DNA of 64,000 bases from Candidatus Hydrothermarchaeum profundi. GTDB lineage: Archaea; Hydrothermarchaeota; Hydrothermarchaeia; Hydrothermarchaeales; Hydrothermarchaeaceae. Position numbers and translations under genes: made by a program. The stretch lies in assembly GCA_002011125.2 (NCBI GenBank), contig MTMF02000009.1:547095-611094 (forward strand), read 5' to 3'. Position 1 is the first letter of the stretch, and every line of letters starts with the position of its first letter. The notes beneath the pieces were generated by a model. The model was given only the letters and a program-made list of their open reading frames with translations, was not told where the DNA came from and did not search any database. Below are positions 9,780-18,207 of the stretch, piece by piece.

Positions 9780-10541
9780 ATGAAAAATAAGATTAGGATA
9801 GAAAAATTATCAAAGATATTCCATACTCATGGTAGAGAAATAGAAGTCCTAAAAGAGTTATCCTTAGAAGTAAGAGAGGGAGAGTTTTTTGGAGTGGTAG
9901 GGCCGACAGGATGCGGTAAAACAACTCTTCTTAATCTAATAGCAGGTCTCGAAGAACCCAGCGAAGGAGCTATATTTATAGATGGTGAGGAGCTAAAGGG
10001 ACCTGGTTTCGATAGAGGAATGCTCTTCCAAGAGGGAGCACTTCTACCCTGGCGGAATTTAGTTAAGAACATTGAGTTTGGCATGGAAATTAAGGGAATA
10101 GAGAAAAAAAAGAGGAATGAACTTGCTATCAAATATTTGAAAATGGTTGGACTAGAAGGATTTGAAGAAAGTTATCCATATCAGCTTTCAGGAGGTATGA
10201 TTCAACGCGCAGCATTAGCTCGAGTACTTACTTTTGAGCCTGATATTCTATTAATGGATGAACCATTTGCGTCGGTGGATGCGCTTACTAGAGAAAAACT
10301 ACAGGAAGAGTTACTTAGAATATGGCAAGTAACCAAGAAAACTATACTATTCGTTACCCATAGCATAGATGAGATAATATATCTCTCGGATCGTGTGGCA
10401 GTTCTGACCTCTAGGCCAGCCCGAGTAAAGGATATACTAGAAATAAATGCATCGAGACCAAGAACAGAATTTAGAATGAGTAAAGAATTCTCCGACTATA
10501 GGAATCGAATTTGGAAACTACTCAAATCCGAGATACAATAA
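9780..10541 (+). CDS. ABC transporter ATP-binding protein, NitT/TauT (SsuB/TauB-like) family
   Basis: Walker A GPTGCGKT, YPYQLSGGM, LLMDEPFASVDA, FVTHSIDE. Confidence 0.93.
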   Translation: MKNKIRIEKLSKIFHTHGREIEVLKELSLEVREGEFFGVVGPTGCGKTTLLNLIAGLEEPSEGAIFIDGEELKGPGFDRGMLFQEGALLPWRNLVKNIEFGMEIKGIEKKKRNELAIKYLKMVGLEGFEESYPYQLSGGMIQRAALARVLTFEPDILLMDEPFASVDALTREKLQEELLRIWQVTKKTILFVTHSIDEIIYLSDRVAVLTSRPARVKDILEINASRPRTEFRMSKEFSDYRNRIWKLLKSEIQ

Positions 10542-10616
10542 ATCACAGCTTCTTATCTTGTTAATCTTCTTATAAATAATGAAAAGAAATCAAGAAATCA
10601 ACAGAGAGTTGATAAT

Positions 10617-11537
10617 GTGGAAAACAGAATCGAATACTTGGAAGCATGTCCAGAATGCGGAGGAAGAGACCTTAAGAAAGACGAAAGAAGGGCCGAAGTA
10701 GTGTGTAGAGAATGCGGACTAGTCGTAGATGAAAATATGGTAGATACAGGCCCGGAGTGGAGAGCCTTCGATAACGAGCAACTGCAAAAGAGAAGCAGGA
10801 CAGGAGCACCTATGACATACCTAATCCATGATAAGGGTCTTTCCACGGTTATTGACTGGAGGAACCGGGATAGCTATGGAAAAGACATCGTGAGGCATAG
10901 AGCACAACTTCACCGGATGAGGAAGTGGCAGCAGAGGATCAGGGTCTCTAACGCTACTGAGCGCAACCTCGCCTTCGCCTTAACAGAGCTAGACCGTGTC
11001 GCATCACGCCTAGGCCTGCCGAGGAACGTACGGGAGACGGCCGCGGTAGTCTACCGCAGGGCAGTGGAAAAAGGCCTTATACGCGGAAGAAGCATAGAAG
11101 GCGTAGCCGCCTCAGCCCTTTATGCTGCATGCCGGCAGTGCCGGGTGCCTAGGACCCTTGACGAGATCGCTGACGCGGCCAAGCTCAACCGGAAAGAGAT
11201 CGGCAGGACATACCGCTTCGTAGCCAGGGAGCTAGGCATCAACCTTAACCCGACCACGCCCATAGACTACGTGCCCAGGTTCGGCTCAGCCCTCAAGCTC
11301 TCAGGCGAGGTCCAGAGCAAGGCCATCGAGATACTTAAGAAGGCCATGGAGCAAGAGCTCACCTCAGGCAGGGGGCCTACGGGCGTCTCAGCCGCGGCGA
11401 TATACATCGCCAGCGTCCTGCTCGGCGAAAGAAGGACCCAGCGGGAGGTCGCCGACGTAGCCGGCGTAACCGAGGTCACCATCAGAAACAGATACAAGGA
11501 GCTAGCCGAAAGACTAGACATCGAAATCACCATCTAA
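10617..11537 (+). CDS. tfb: Transcription initiation factor IIB
   Basis: Zn ribbon CPECG...CRECG, B-reader GPEWRAF, cyclin repeats, [23 protein letters not shown]. Confidence 0.97.
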   Translation: MENRIEYLEACPECGGRDLKKDERRAEVVCRECGLVVDENMVDTGPEWRAFDNEQLQKRSRTGAPMTYLIHDKGLSTVIDWRNRDSYGKDIVRHRAQLHRMRKWQQRIRVSNATERNLAFALTELDRVASRLGLPRNVRETAAVVYRRAVEKGLIRGRSIEGVAASALYAACRQCRVPRTLDEIADAAKLNRKEIGRTYRFVARELGINLNPTTPIDYVPRFGSALKLSGEVQSKAIEILKKAMEQELTSGRGPTGVSAAAIYIASVLLGERRTQREVADVAGVTEVTIRNRYKELAERLDIEITI

Positions 11538-11588
11538 GACTATCTATAGGGATATATAGTCCTACGGCGATAAAGCTACGGGTATAAA

Positions 11589-11798
11589 ATGATACGAGTA
11601 ATATTATCACTAGGTAGACTTATAGTTCCAATTATTATTTTGTTTACATTACTTTACAAAATAAAAGTGCCCTGTCCAAAGTGCACAGGACCCTTCACAG
11701 TAATGCGTTGCCGTGAGTGTAGAGGAGTAGGAAAAGTCTCACTCTTACAATGGATTTTAATCAATTTGGGGTACAGAAAATATAGGAAGCAGTCGTAG
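11589..11798 (+). CDS. Small membrane protein with a DnaJ-like Zn finger
   Basis: TM segment followed by CPKCTG...CRECRGVG. Confidence 0.5.
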   Translation: MIRVILSLGRLIVPIIILFTLLYKIKVPCPKCTGPFTVMRCRECRGVGKVSLLQWILINLGYRKYRKQS

Positions 11799-11843
11799 GA
11801 GTTTAATAAGGAACTTTAAAAGGTAGAGAAGTAAAGAGGAATG

Positions 11844-14800
11844 TTAACTTAAAAATCGAACTTCAGGGGGTAAGTTAGTGGGGCAAACAAAACTGCATCC
11901 TGAGACGTTGCTTAATGTCTCATTTATATCATTCCAGTTTTCTGTTCTATCACAGAAATTCCTGAATCCTTTAATCCCATAGGAGCTTTCATTTCTTATG
12001 TCTACGGAGTTTGAGCAAATAAAACTCCTTTCTATCTTTGAATCATTGGTTAGGGACAGAGTGATACCATCTTCGTTTGAGACACTTCTAACCCCTATCA
12101 GGCTCGTATTGACTGAGTTAACAATCCTCATCCCCCATAAATTATCATGAATGGAGTTCTCCAAAATTGTACTGGCACCTGAGTATAAATAAATTCCGTA
12201 GTTATTTTCAAATATCCTGTTTCTAAAAACTAGGTTGGAATTACCAGAAATATCTATCCCTCTTATATCCCCAGATATGCTGTTTCCGAATACAGTAAAC
12301 ACCGGGCCAATTAGATTTCTTGTACTATAAATCAAAATACCGCTACCCTCCAGAAGGTTATCAGAAATCACGGTTTCATTAGCATCCACCTCTACTCTAT
12401 TATGGATAATTCGATTAATGCCTTGAATATGTAAAATAGAGCCAATAATATTCCTAGGTGATTTATTCTCTATTTTTATTCCCTTAACAATATTTTCAGC
12501 TATCACGCTATCTTGGATAACGTTTCCAGATGAATGAGAAATACTTATGCCATATGCATTAGAGGCGAAATGAGAGGAAGGCGATAGTGAAGTTATTCCT
12601 TGCGTGCCACTAGGCATAACCCACGGAAACTCCTTAGGTGCAACAAACGTGTGCAATACTGCAATAGAATTATTATGTGATCTCCTTAATTGTACTCCGG
12701 CCCCATTATTGGCACTTGAGTTAACAGGTCCAATGATGTTCTTATGGGACTCCAATAAAGATATTCCGACTTCATTCTTACTAATTCCTGTATCTTCACC
12801 CGAACCACCATACACAATGTTTTTATTAGAGCGCATCAACTGTATTCCACTTAGCGTATTTTGTTTTATTTCTTGGATGTAGGCTATTTGGTTAAACTTC
12901 GAACCATAAAGAACAATTCCATTCATTTTGTTTGAGTTAGCAAATCCGATTTGAATTTCATTAAAATCAGAATCGCGGAATCTTACTCCAGAGCCGCTAA
13001 GGCTGTTAGATGCATTAAAAATATTAATAAGATTATCATGAGAATCTGAAAATACTACATTATCTATCCCATTGTCCGTGGCTTGCCAAATATCAATTCT
13101 CGAATTATTTACATTTAAGAATTTGAAACCTTCCATCTTATTTTTCGAAGCACTTCCCCAAATCACGTTAAACTTTGAGTCGAAAATAATGAAACCAGCT
13201 TCTTCAATCGAATTATCTGCAGGAGAAACACCGAACGCATTGTTATTTGAATTAAAAATTTTCACGTTACTTTGTTGGTTTCTAGAGCTATTGATCCAAA
13301 TAAAATTCTGGTGAGAATCCTCGACGCTAATTCCATTATCTCCACTCGAATTTATTATGACGAAGGCACTCCGAAGGCCGCCGCCAATGTAGTTACCTAT
13401 TGATCTTTTTATTGTAATCCCGTCATCTGTTTTGGTATTCGTCACCGAATCTATATAGATTGAGTTCAAATTAGAAGAATCCATTAATAATCCGTGTCTT
13501 TGACTCTCAGCGATAGAAGATACAACAACTGTATTCTCTGATGAATGATCTATCTCAATACCGTCTTGAAAACTCTTTTCAATAGACTTAACATTGATAG
13601 CATTTCTATGAGAGTTTACAAGTTTTATCCCGGTTGAAAATCCAGTTATAGTGGAAACAGAAATATCATTTTCATTTGAGTCCTTTATTAGGATTCCAAT
13701 GTCGGTTCCAGTACCAGAAAGAGTATCCCAAGATAAAGTGACCTGATTACTATTTATAGTAATCCCGCCTTTAAGTTCTGAGCCTGTCAGCTTAAGGGGC
13801 TTGTTAATCATTACCGATTCCGCATAGGGCACGTCTGAAGAGCAAACCCAAACATTCCCGAAATTAGGGGCTTGATCCACTCCAGCTTGGATTGAAGTTT
13901 GGAAGTTACCCTGTCCTGGCCGTAGATTATAGACCCTCTCGGTTATGGGAGGGGCAGGACCGTCGCCATCAGGGTCGCAGGTAATTTCTTCATAATCTTG
14001 GGGATTAGTCCTACAAGGCACAAGCCTTACCGCACACTTATATCTTTTTTTCTCAGGGTCATTATCAACTACAACCATAGTATCGGAGTATTGGGGTACA
14101 CTCTCATCCAGCTTTATTGTAAACTTGATGGTATCGTTTCCCCAGTTCCCTCCTAAATCCTTAGCACAGACCGAGAGATAATTATCACCATCATTGACAT
14201 ATATTGTTGTGTTAGGCCATATTGGGATACCATTCTTACAGGAGAAAAAAGGTTTAGTGGACCAGAGCAAATATCTCCACTCTACTACAGGTTCATTAAC
14301 ACTAACATTGAGGGGGAAGGGATACCATCGAATTGTTTTCGGCCTATTAAGTGTTATTATTGAATCTTTTACTGGCGATAATATCTTTACAATTGGTTCA
14401 ACTTTATCCTCTACTTTAAAACTGACAGAGGCATCTGCACCTATAAATTTCAGGCTCTCCTGATCAACAGACGTAATCGAAAGACCTTTTTCCGCAAAAT
14501 ATTTTTGCAACGCTGTTGTTGTTTGGGCATCTGGAATTCCAGTTACTTGAACTTCTTGGCCAAAGAGTTTAAGAAAGATTTGAAGCTCTCGAACAGCCTC
14601 ACTCGATGAACCGGCCGTGATAGTCCCCTCTCTAACAGCTTTCGTAAGCTCGTTTAGATTTATTACATCTACCACATCTATACTTGGAGTAAAAATACCA
14701 TCCCTGTTAACATCCACGATCAGGTTATACAGATCAACGCTTCTTGTGTTGTCCCAGATTTTGGTATTGTCAGTAACTCCCTGAGCGTTAACATTTACAT

Positions 14801-17800
14801 TTTTCTTTTCAACTACCTTAATGCTATTTAAATCAAGGGTTCCTCTATTCCTCCAGTGAAGGAAGTCCTGATGCTTTACTATGTAGAAATCGACCTGGGT
14901 GTTCGGAGGCATGCCTTTTGCTATTGCATAAACAGGTTCATTGAGCTGGAATATCTTCTTTGGTTGTCCACTTGGATCTGTTGTCATGACGGCTCTAATA
15001 GTAAAACCAGGGCCTGTTGATGAATTAATCACGTCAACTAAGTCTTGTACTTCACTGTTGCGGTCAAAACGTCCATCGCTATCGGTGTCAACTATTAAAT
15101 TAAACCTGCCATCATAATTAGATAGATAAATATAATTTGAGGGGTCAAACCACACGTTCTCGTCGAAAATGAAACCATCAGGTCCAGGTCTAGTAGTAAC
15201 TGACCGAACCTTTATATTTTCTAGGTCTAAGCCGTCTACCCAATTTCTTGCCGGGTCATACGTAGTTACATATATTGTGACATTACTCTGATTTATCAGA
15301 CCCGTCACTTTTGATTTAACAACATAATCTAGAGGGCTAAAAATTTGGCTTTTATTAACAAACTTATCCATAGATGAGACGTTGCAAATATTTCCAGTTA
15401 AAGAGAACTTTCCGTGTCCGTCGTGCCACTTTACTACGATATAGTATTTTCCGCTTGGATAGTTAGGCGGTAGCTGGAAGTCAAGTATACTTTCGTCAAC
15501 GCCATTACCATCATTAATGCTCCTTGCTAGAATTTCAGGCTCTCCAATCTCCCAGAAAGGTCTGAATACATCGTTAGCAGGGGGTTTAAAGTGAACATTA
15601 TAAATGAATAAGTCATAATCTCCAGTAGGGGGATTGTCGAGAGCGAAGCTATATCGGACTCCTTTCTCCAGAATCACGAAGCGAGACCAGACTTTTTTCT
15701 CCCATGGGGTTGTACCAAACGATGCCGTCCCATAGTTGCAGAAGCCTCTTGTAACAGACTCTATCGCCGCATCAACGGCAATTCTCCCGTAACCTTCTTT
15801 CGGGTCTTTGCCTCCACGGTCAAAAACATCCGTCACACCATCATTATTGTTATCTCCTGGAGCATTACTTGCACCGTGTTGTGGGAATCCCGGTGGAACC
15901 ACCTCACCGCTATGAACTTCGAAGGTATTCATAAGTACGATTCTCTTAAGGGCTAGGGCATCTTGTTCCAGATAGCGCCAAGCGCTGAAATCTTCGTCGA
16001 TTCTTCCATCTCTATCGGTATCAATTCCGTCCCATGGGTCTTCATCGATGCTCTCATCACCGTCATCATCGATATGATCATAGTCCGTAATTGCATCAAT
16101 AATTAACGCAACTTCCCCAGCAACATGCGGTGCCGCCATTGAAGTCCCGGATTTTATGACATAATTATCCAGCCCCGGAACCATCCCTTCAATGTCAAGA
16201 ATATTATTATTATTAAAATCAAACCATAGTTCGCCACTGAACTTATTATCTGGCGCCCCTGCAGGATAAGTATCAAGGCACCTATCTCCTCCGGGTGTAA
16301 AGGCGCTATTACCATCCAAATCAAGGTAGGGCTCTCCCGCATCTCTTAGTCCATTGTTATTTAAATCCAGAAAAATATCGATTGGATTGTGTTGAGCACC
16401 AAAACCCACAATCTCATCAAAATTAAAGTGAGCAAAACTAACATCCCACATACTATTAGCATTATTATCTATGCATCTGTCTCCTCCATCGTGGGTATCA
16501 TCTCGATCTTCATCTTCAAATGCTTCAGGTACATCATTAGAATCTGCAGCTTCAATTAGAGTGCCTGGAGCAACCACATCAGGCTTATGACCTCTGATCC
16601 CTCCTCCCAAGTCCATTACATTGGGTCCATTCGAAGAGAAATATGCAACACTATCAGTGAGGGTAACAGCGCCTACAGTTATAATTGTTGGAGCACGACC
16701 CGGATCTGTTGTAGTAATTCCTCTATGAAACCAGTTTCCACCAGACTTTACAGTAACAACTCCTATATTGGTAAGATTTTTGACAGCTCTCTCTAAAGCC
16801 GGACTATTTCCGCTTCCATTTCCCATACTCATTGAGGTAACGACTATGTGATAATCTCTTGCGTTATCCTTGATAAAGTCATACGCTTCGAGCATTTCTG
16901 AACCTTTTTTAACCCTAGCCATGAAAAGTCTGGCGTCGCGTGCAACTCCAGCATGGCTTATTCCTCTCCCTGCAGCGATGTTTGCAACATGAGTTCCATG
17001 CCCATTGCTATCTTTTGGGGTTGTATATTTGTAAGCAATATCCACCCAGCCTACAATTTTTACGTCTGTGGGCAAGGTCTCCCATGCCTCTGAGGTTCTA
17101 GTTTCTTGATACCTTTCAAGCTCAGGATGGAAGTCATCTATCCCTGAATCTATCAGGGCAATAGTGGTATTTGGGTTGCCCCTAAATGGAAGATTTGGGT
17201 CGTTCCAGACATTCGTGGCCCTAATTTGCCATGTTGAAGACACTAACTCTGGACTCAGAACTAGATCCGGATCGATTATAAGAAGCTTTTTCTTGGCAGC
17301 ATCTCTGTATGCCTTTACTCTGTCAGCTGGTATCCCTCCCGCAAAACCGCTTATTATAGTGTAGGTGAAGGTAATACTTCCTCCCTTTCCTTTAAAAACA
17401 TCTAGGTCTGATCGGTTAACTGGATTCCTTAGTAAAACTATTACATTAATGTGTTGTGAACCTCTTCCCGCTTCTATAAGTGCATTGATATCCTTTTCCA
17501 CTAAATCATTTATCTGATTAAAGTTCTTATCTGCTGTATCAAAAGGTTCTGGTTCAAATCGTATCTCTTTATCAACCAGTGCGTCTGGCGATTTCTGATA
17601 GACTGCAGTTAAAATTATCGATTGATTTATTTCAAGGGCTTGACCATGTAATAGGCCAAACGAAAATGTTAGTTTGTTATTGACCTGATTAAAACCTGCA
17701 CTGAACTTTGATGGATCGCTTGTCGATGCTAATATCCCCTGTATAGTCCCTGCTTCTGCAATAAAAGTGAGGTAGACTTTGAAATCGTCTATTGGATGAT

Positions 17801-18053
17801 CAACATTGTTTTTGATGGTTATGTTAACCGTAACAGTTCCATCAACCTCAGAAACTTGTTTTGTAATCAGAGGAAATTGTTTGATAGTTATTACTTCAGG
17901 GATAGATTTTTCTTGGATAATGGTAATATTCTCTTTATCTTCTGTTAAAAAGACTTTTTCTCTTGCGAAATAAGTAAATAAAACAATAATAACTACAACA
18001 ACACCGAATATAAGCAAATAATGCCGGATTTGCTCTATACTCAATCTGATCAT
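11844..18053 (-). CDS. Giant membrane-anchored S8 subtilase with Ca-binding inserts, a PG-binding-like module and a C-terminal parallel beta-helix
   Basis: N-terminal TM; triad ALIDSG, NGHGTHVA, SGTSMAAPHVAG; KPDVVAPG; many GIxLxxSxxNxI repeats. Confidence 0.9.
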   Translation of the reverse strand: MIRLSIEQIRHYLLIFGVVVVIIVLFTYFAREKVFLTEDKENITIIQEKSIPEVITIKQFPLITKQVSEVDGTVTVNITIKNNVDHPIDDFKVYLTFIAEAGTIQGILASTSDPSKFSAGFNQVNNKLTFSFGLLHGQALEINQSIILTAVYQKSPDALVDKEIRFEPEPFDTADKNFNQINDLVEKDINALIEAGRGSQHINVIVLLRNPVNRSDLDVFKGKGGSITFTYTIISGFAGGIPADRVKAYRDAAKKKLLIIDPDLVLSPELVSSTWQIRATNVWNDPNLPFRGNPNTTIALIDSGIDDFHPELERYQETRTSEAWETLPTDVKIVGWVDIAYKYTTPKDSNGHGTHVANIAAGRGISHAGVARDARLFMARVKKGSEMLEAYDFIKDNARDYHIVVTSMSMGNGSGNSPALERAVKNLTNIGVVTVKSGGNWFHRGITTTDPGRAPTIITVGAVTLTDSVAYFSSNGPNVMDLGGGIRGHKPDVVAPGTLIEAADSNDVPEAFEDEDRDDTHDGGDRCIDNNANSMWDVSFAHFNFDEIVGFGAQHNPIDIFLDLNNNGLRDAGEPYLDLDGNSAFTPGGDRCLDTYPAGAPDNKFSGELWFDFNNNNILDIEGMVPGLDNYVIKSGTSMAAPHVAGEVALIIDAITDYDHIDDDGDESIDEDPWDGIDTDRDGRIDEDFSAWRYLEQDALALKRIVLMNTFEVHSGEVVPPGFPQHGASNAPGDNNNDGVTDVFDRGGKDPKEGYGRIAVDAAIESVTRGFCNYGTASFGTTPWEKKVWSRFVILEKGVRYSFALDNPPTGDYDLFIYNVHFKPPANDVFRPFWEIGEPEILARSINDGNGVDESILDFQLPPNYPSGKYYIVVKWHDGHGKFSLTGNICNVSSMDKFVNKSQIFSPLDYVVKSKVTGLINQSNVTIYVTTYDPARNWVDGLDLENIKVRSVTTRPGPDGFIFDENVWFDPSNYIYLSNYDGRFNLIVDTDSDGRFDRNSEVQDLVDVINSSTGPGFTIRAVMTTDPSGQPKKIFQLNEPVYAIAKGMPPNTQVDFYIVKHQDFLHWRNRGTLDLNSIKVVEKKNVNVNAQGVTDNTKIWDNTRSVDLYNLIVDVNRDGIFTPSIDVVDVINLNELTKAVREGTITAGSSSEAVRELQIFLKLFGQEVQVTGIPDAQTTTALQKYFAEKGLSITSVDQESLKFIGADASVSFKVEDKVEPIVKILSPVKDSIITLNRPKTIRWYPFPLNVSVNEPVVEWRYLLWSTKPFFSCKNGIPIWPNTTIYVNDGDNYLSVCAKDLGGNWGNDTIKFTIKLDESVPQYSDTMVVVDNDPEKKRYKCAVRLVPCRTNPQDYEEITCDPDGDGPAPPITERVYNLRPGQGNFQTSIQAGVDQAPNFGNVWVCSSDVPYAESVMINKPLKLTGSELKGGITINSNQVTLSWDTLSGTGTDIGILIKDSNENDISVSTITGFSTGIKLVNSHRNAINVKSIEKSFQDGIEIDHSSENTVVVSSIAESQRHGLLMDSSNLNSIYIDSVTNTKTDDGITIKRSIGNYIGGGLRSAFVIINSSGDNGISVEDSHQNFIWINSSRNQQSNVKIFNSNNNAFGVSPADNSIEEAGFIIFDSKFNVIWGSASKNKMEGFKFLNVNNSRIDIWQATDNGIDNVVFSDSHDNLINIFNASNSLSGSGVRFRDSDFNEIQIGFANSNKMNGIVLYGSKFNQIAYIQEIKQNTLSGIQLMRSNKNIVYGGSGEDTGISKNEVGISLLESHKNIIGPVNSSANNGAGVQLRRSHNNSIAVLHTFVAPKEFPWVMPSGTQGITSLSPSSHFASNAYGISISHSSGNVIQDSVIAENIVKGIKIENKSPRNIIGSILHIQGINRIIHNRVEVDANETVISDNLLEGSGILIYSTRNLIGPVFTVFGNSISGDIRGIDISGNSNLVFRNRIFENNYGIYLYSGASTILENSIHDNLWGMRIVNSVNTSLIGVRSVSNEDGITLSLTNDSKIERSFICSNSVDIRNESSYGIKGFRNFCDRTENWNDINETLSNVSGCSFVCPTNLPPEVRFLS

Positions 18054-18207
18054 TTAGCTTTTTATTTTTGATCTATAAAAATTTTTATGTATTTTATCCA
18101 TCATTTCTGTACTCTAGCTTTTTGAAACAATTTTTTTATATTTTCTTGTGGCATAAGATAGAATTTTATTTATATTATGAAACTTATAAATTTTAAGGGG
18201 TAATATC

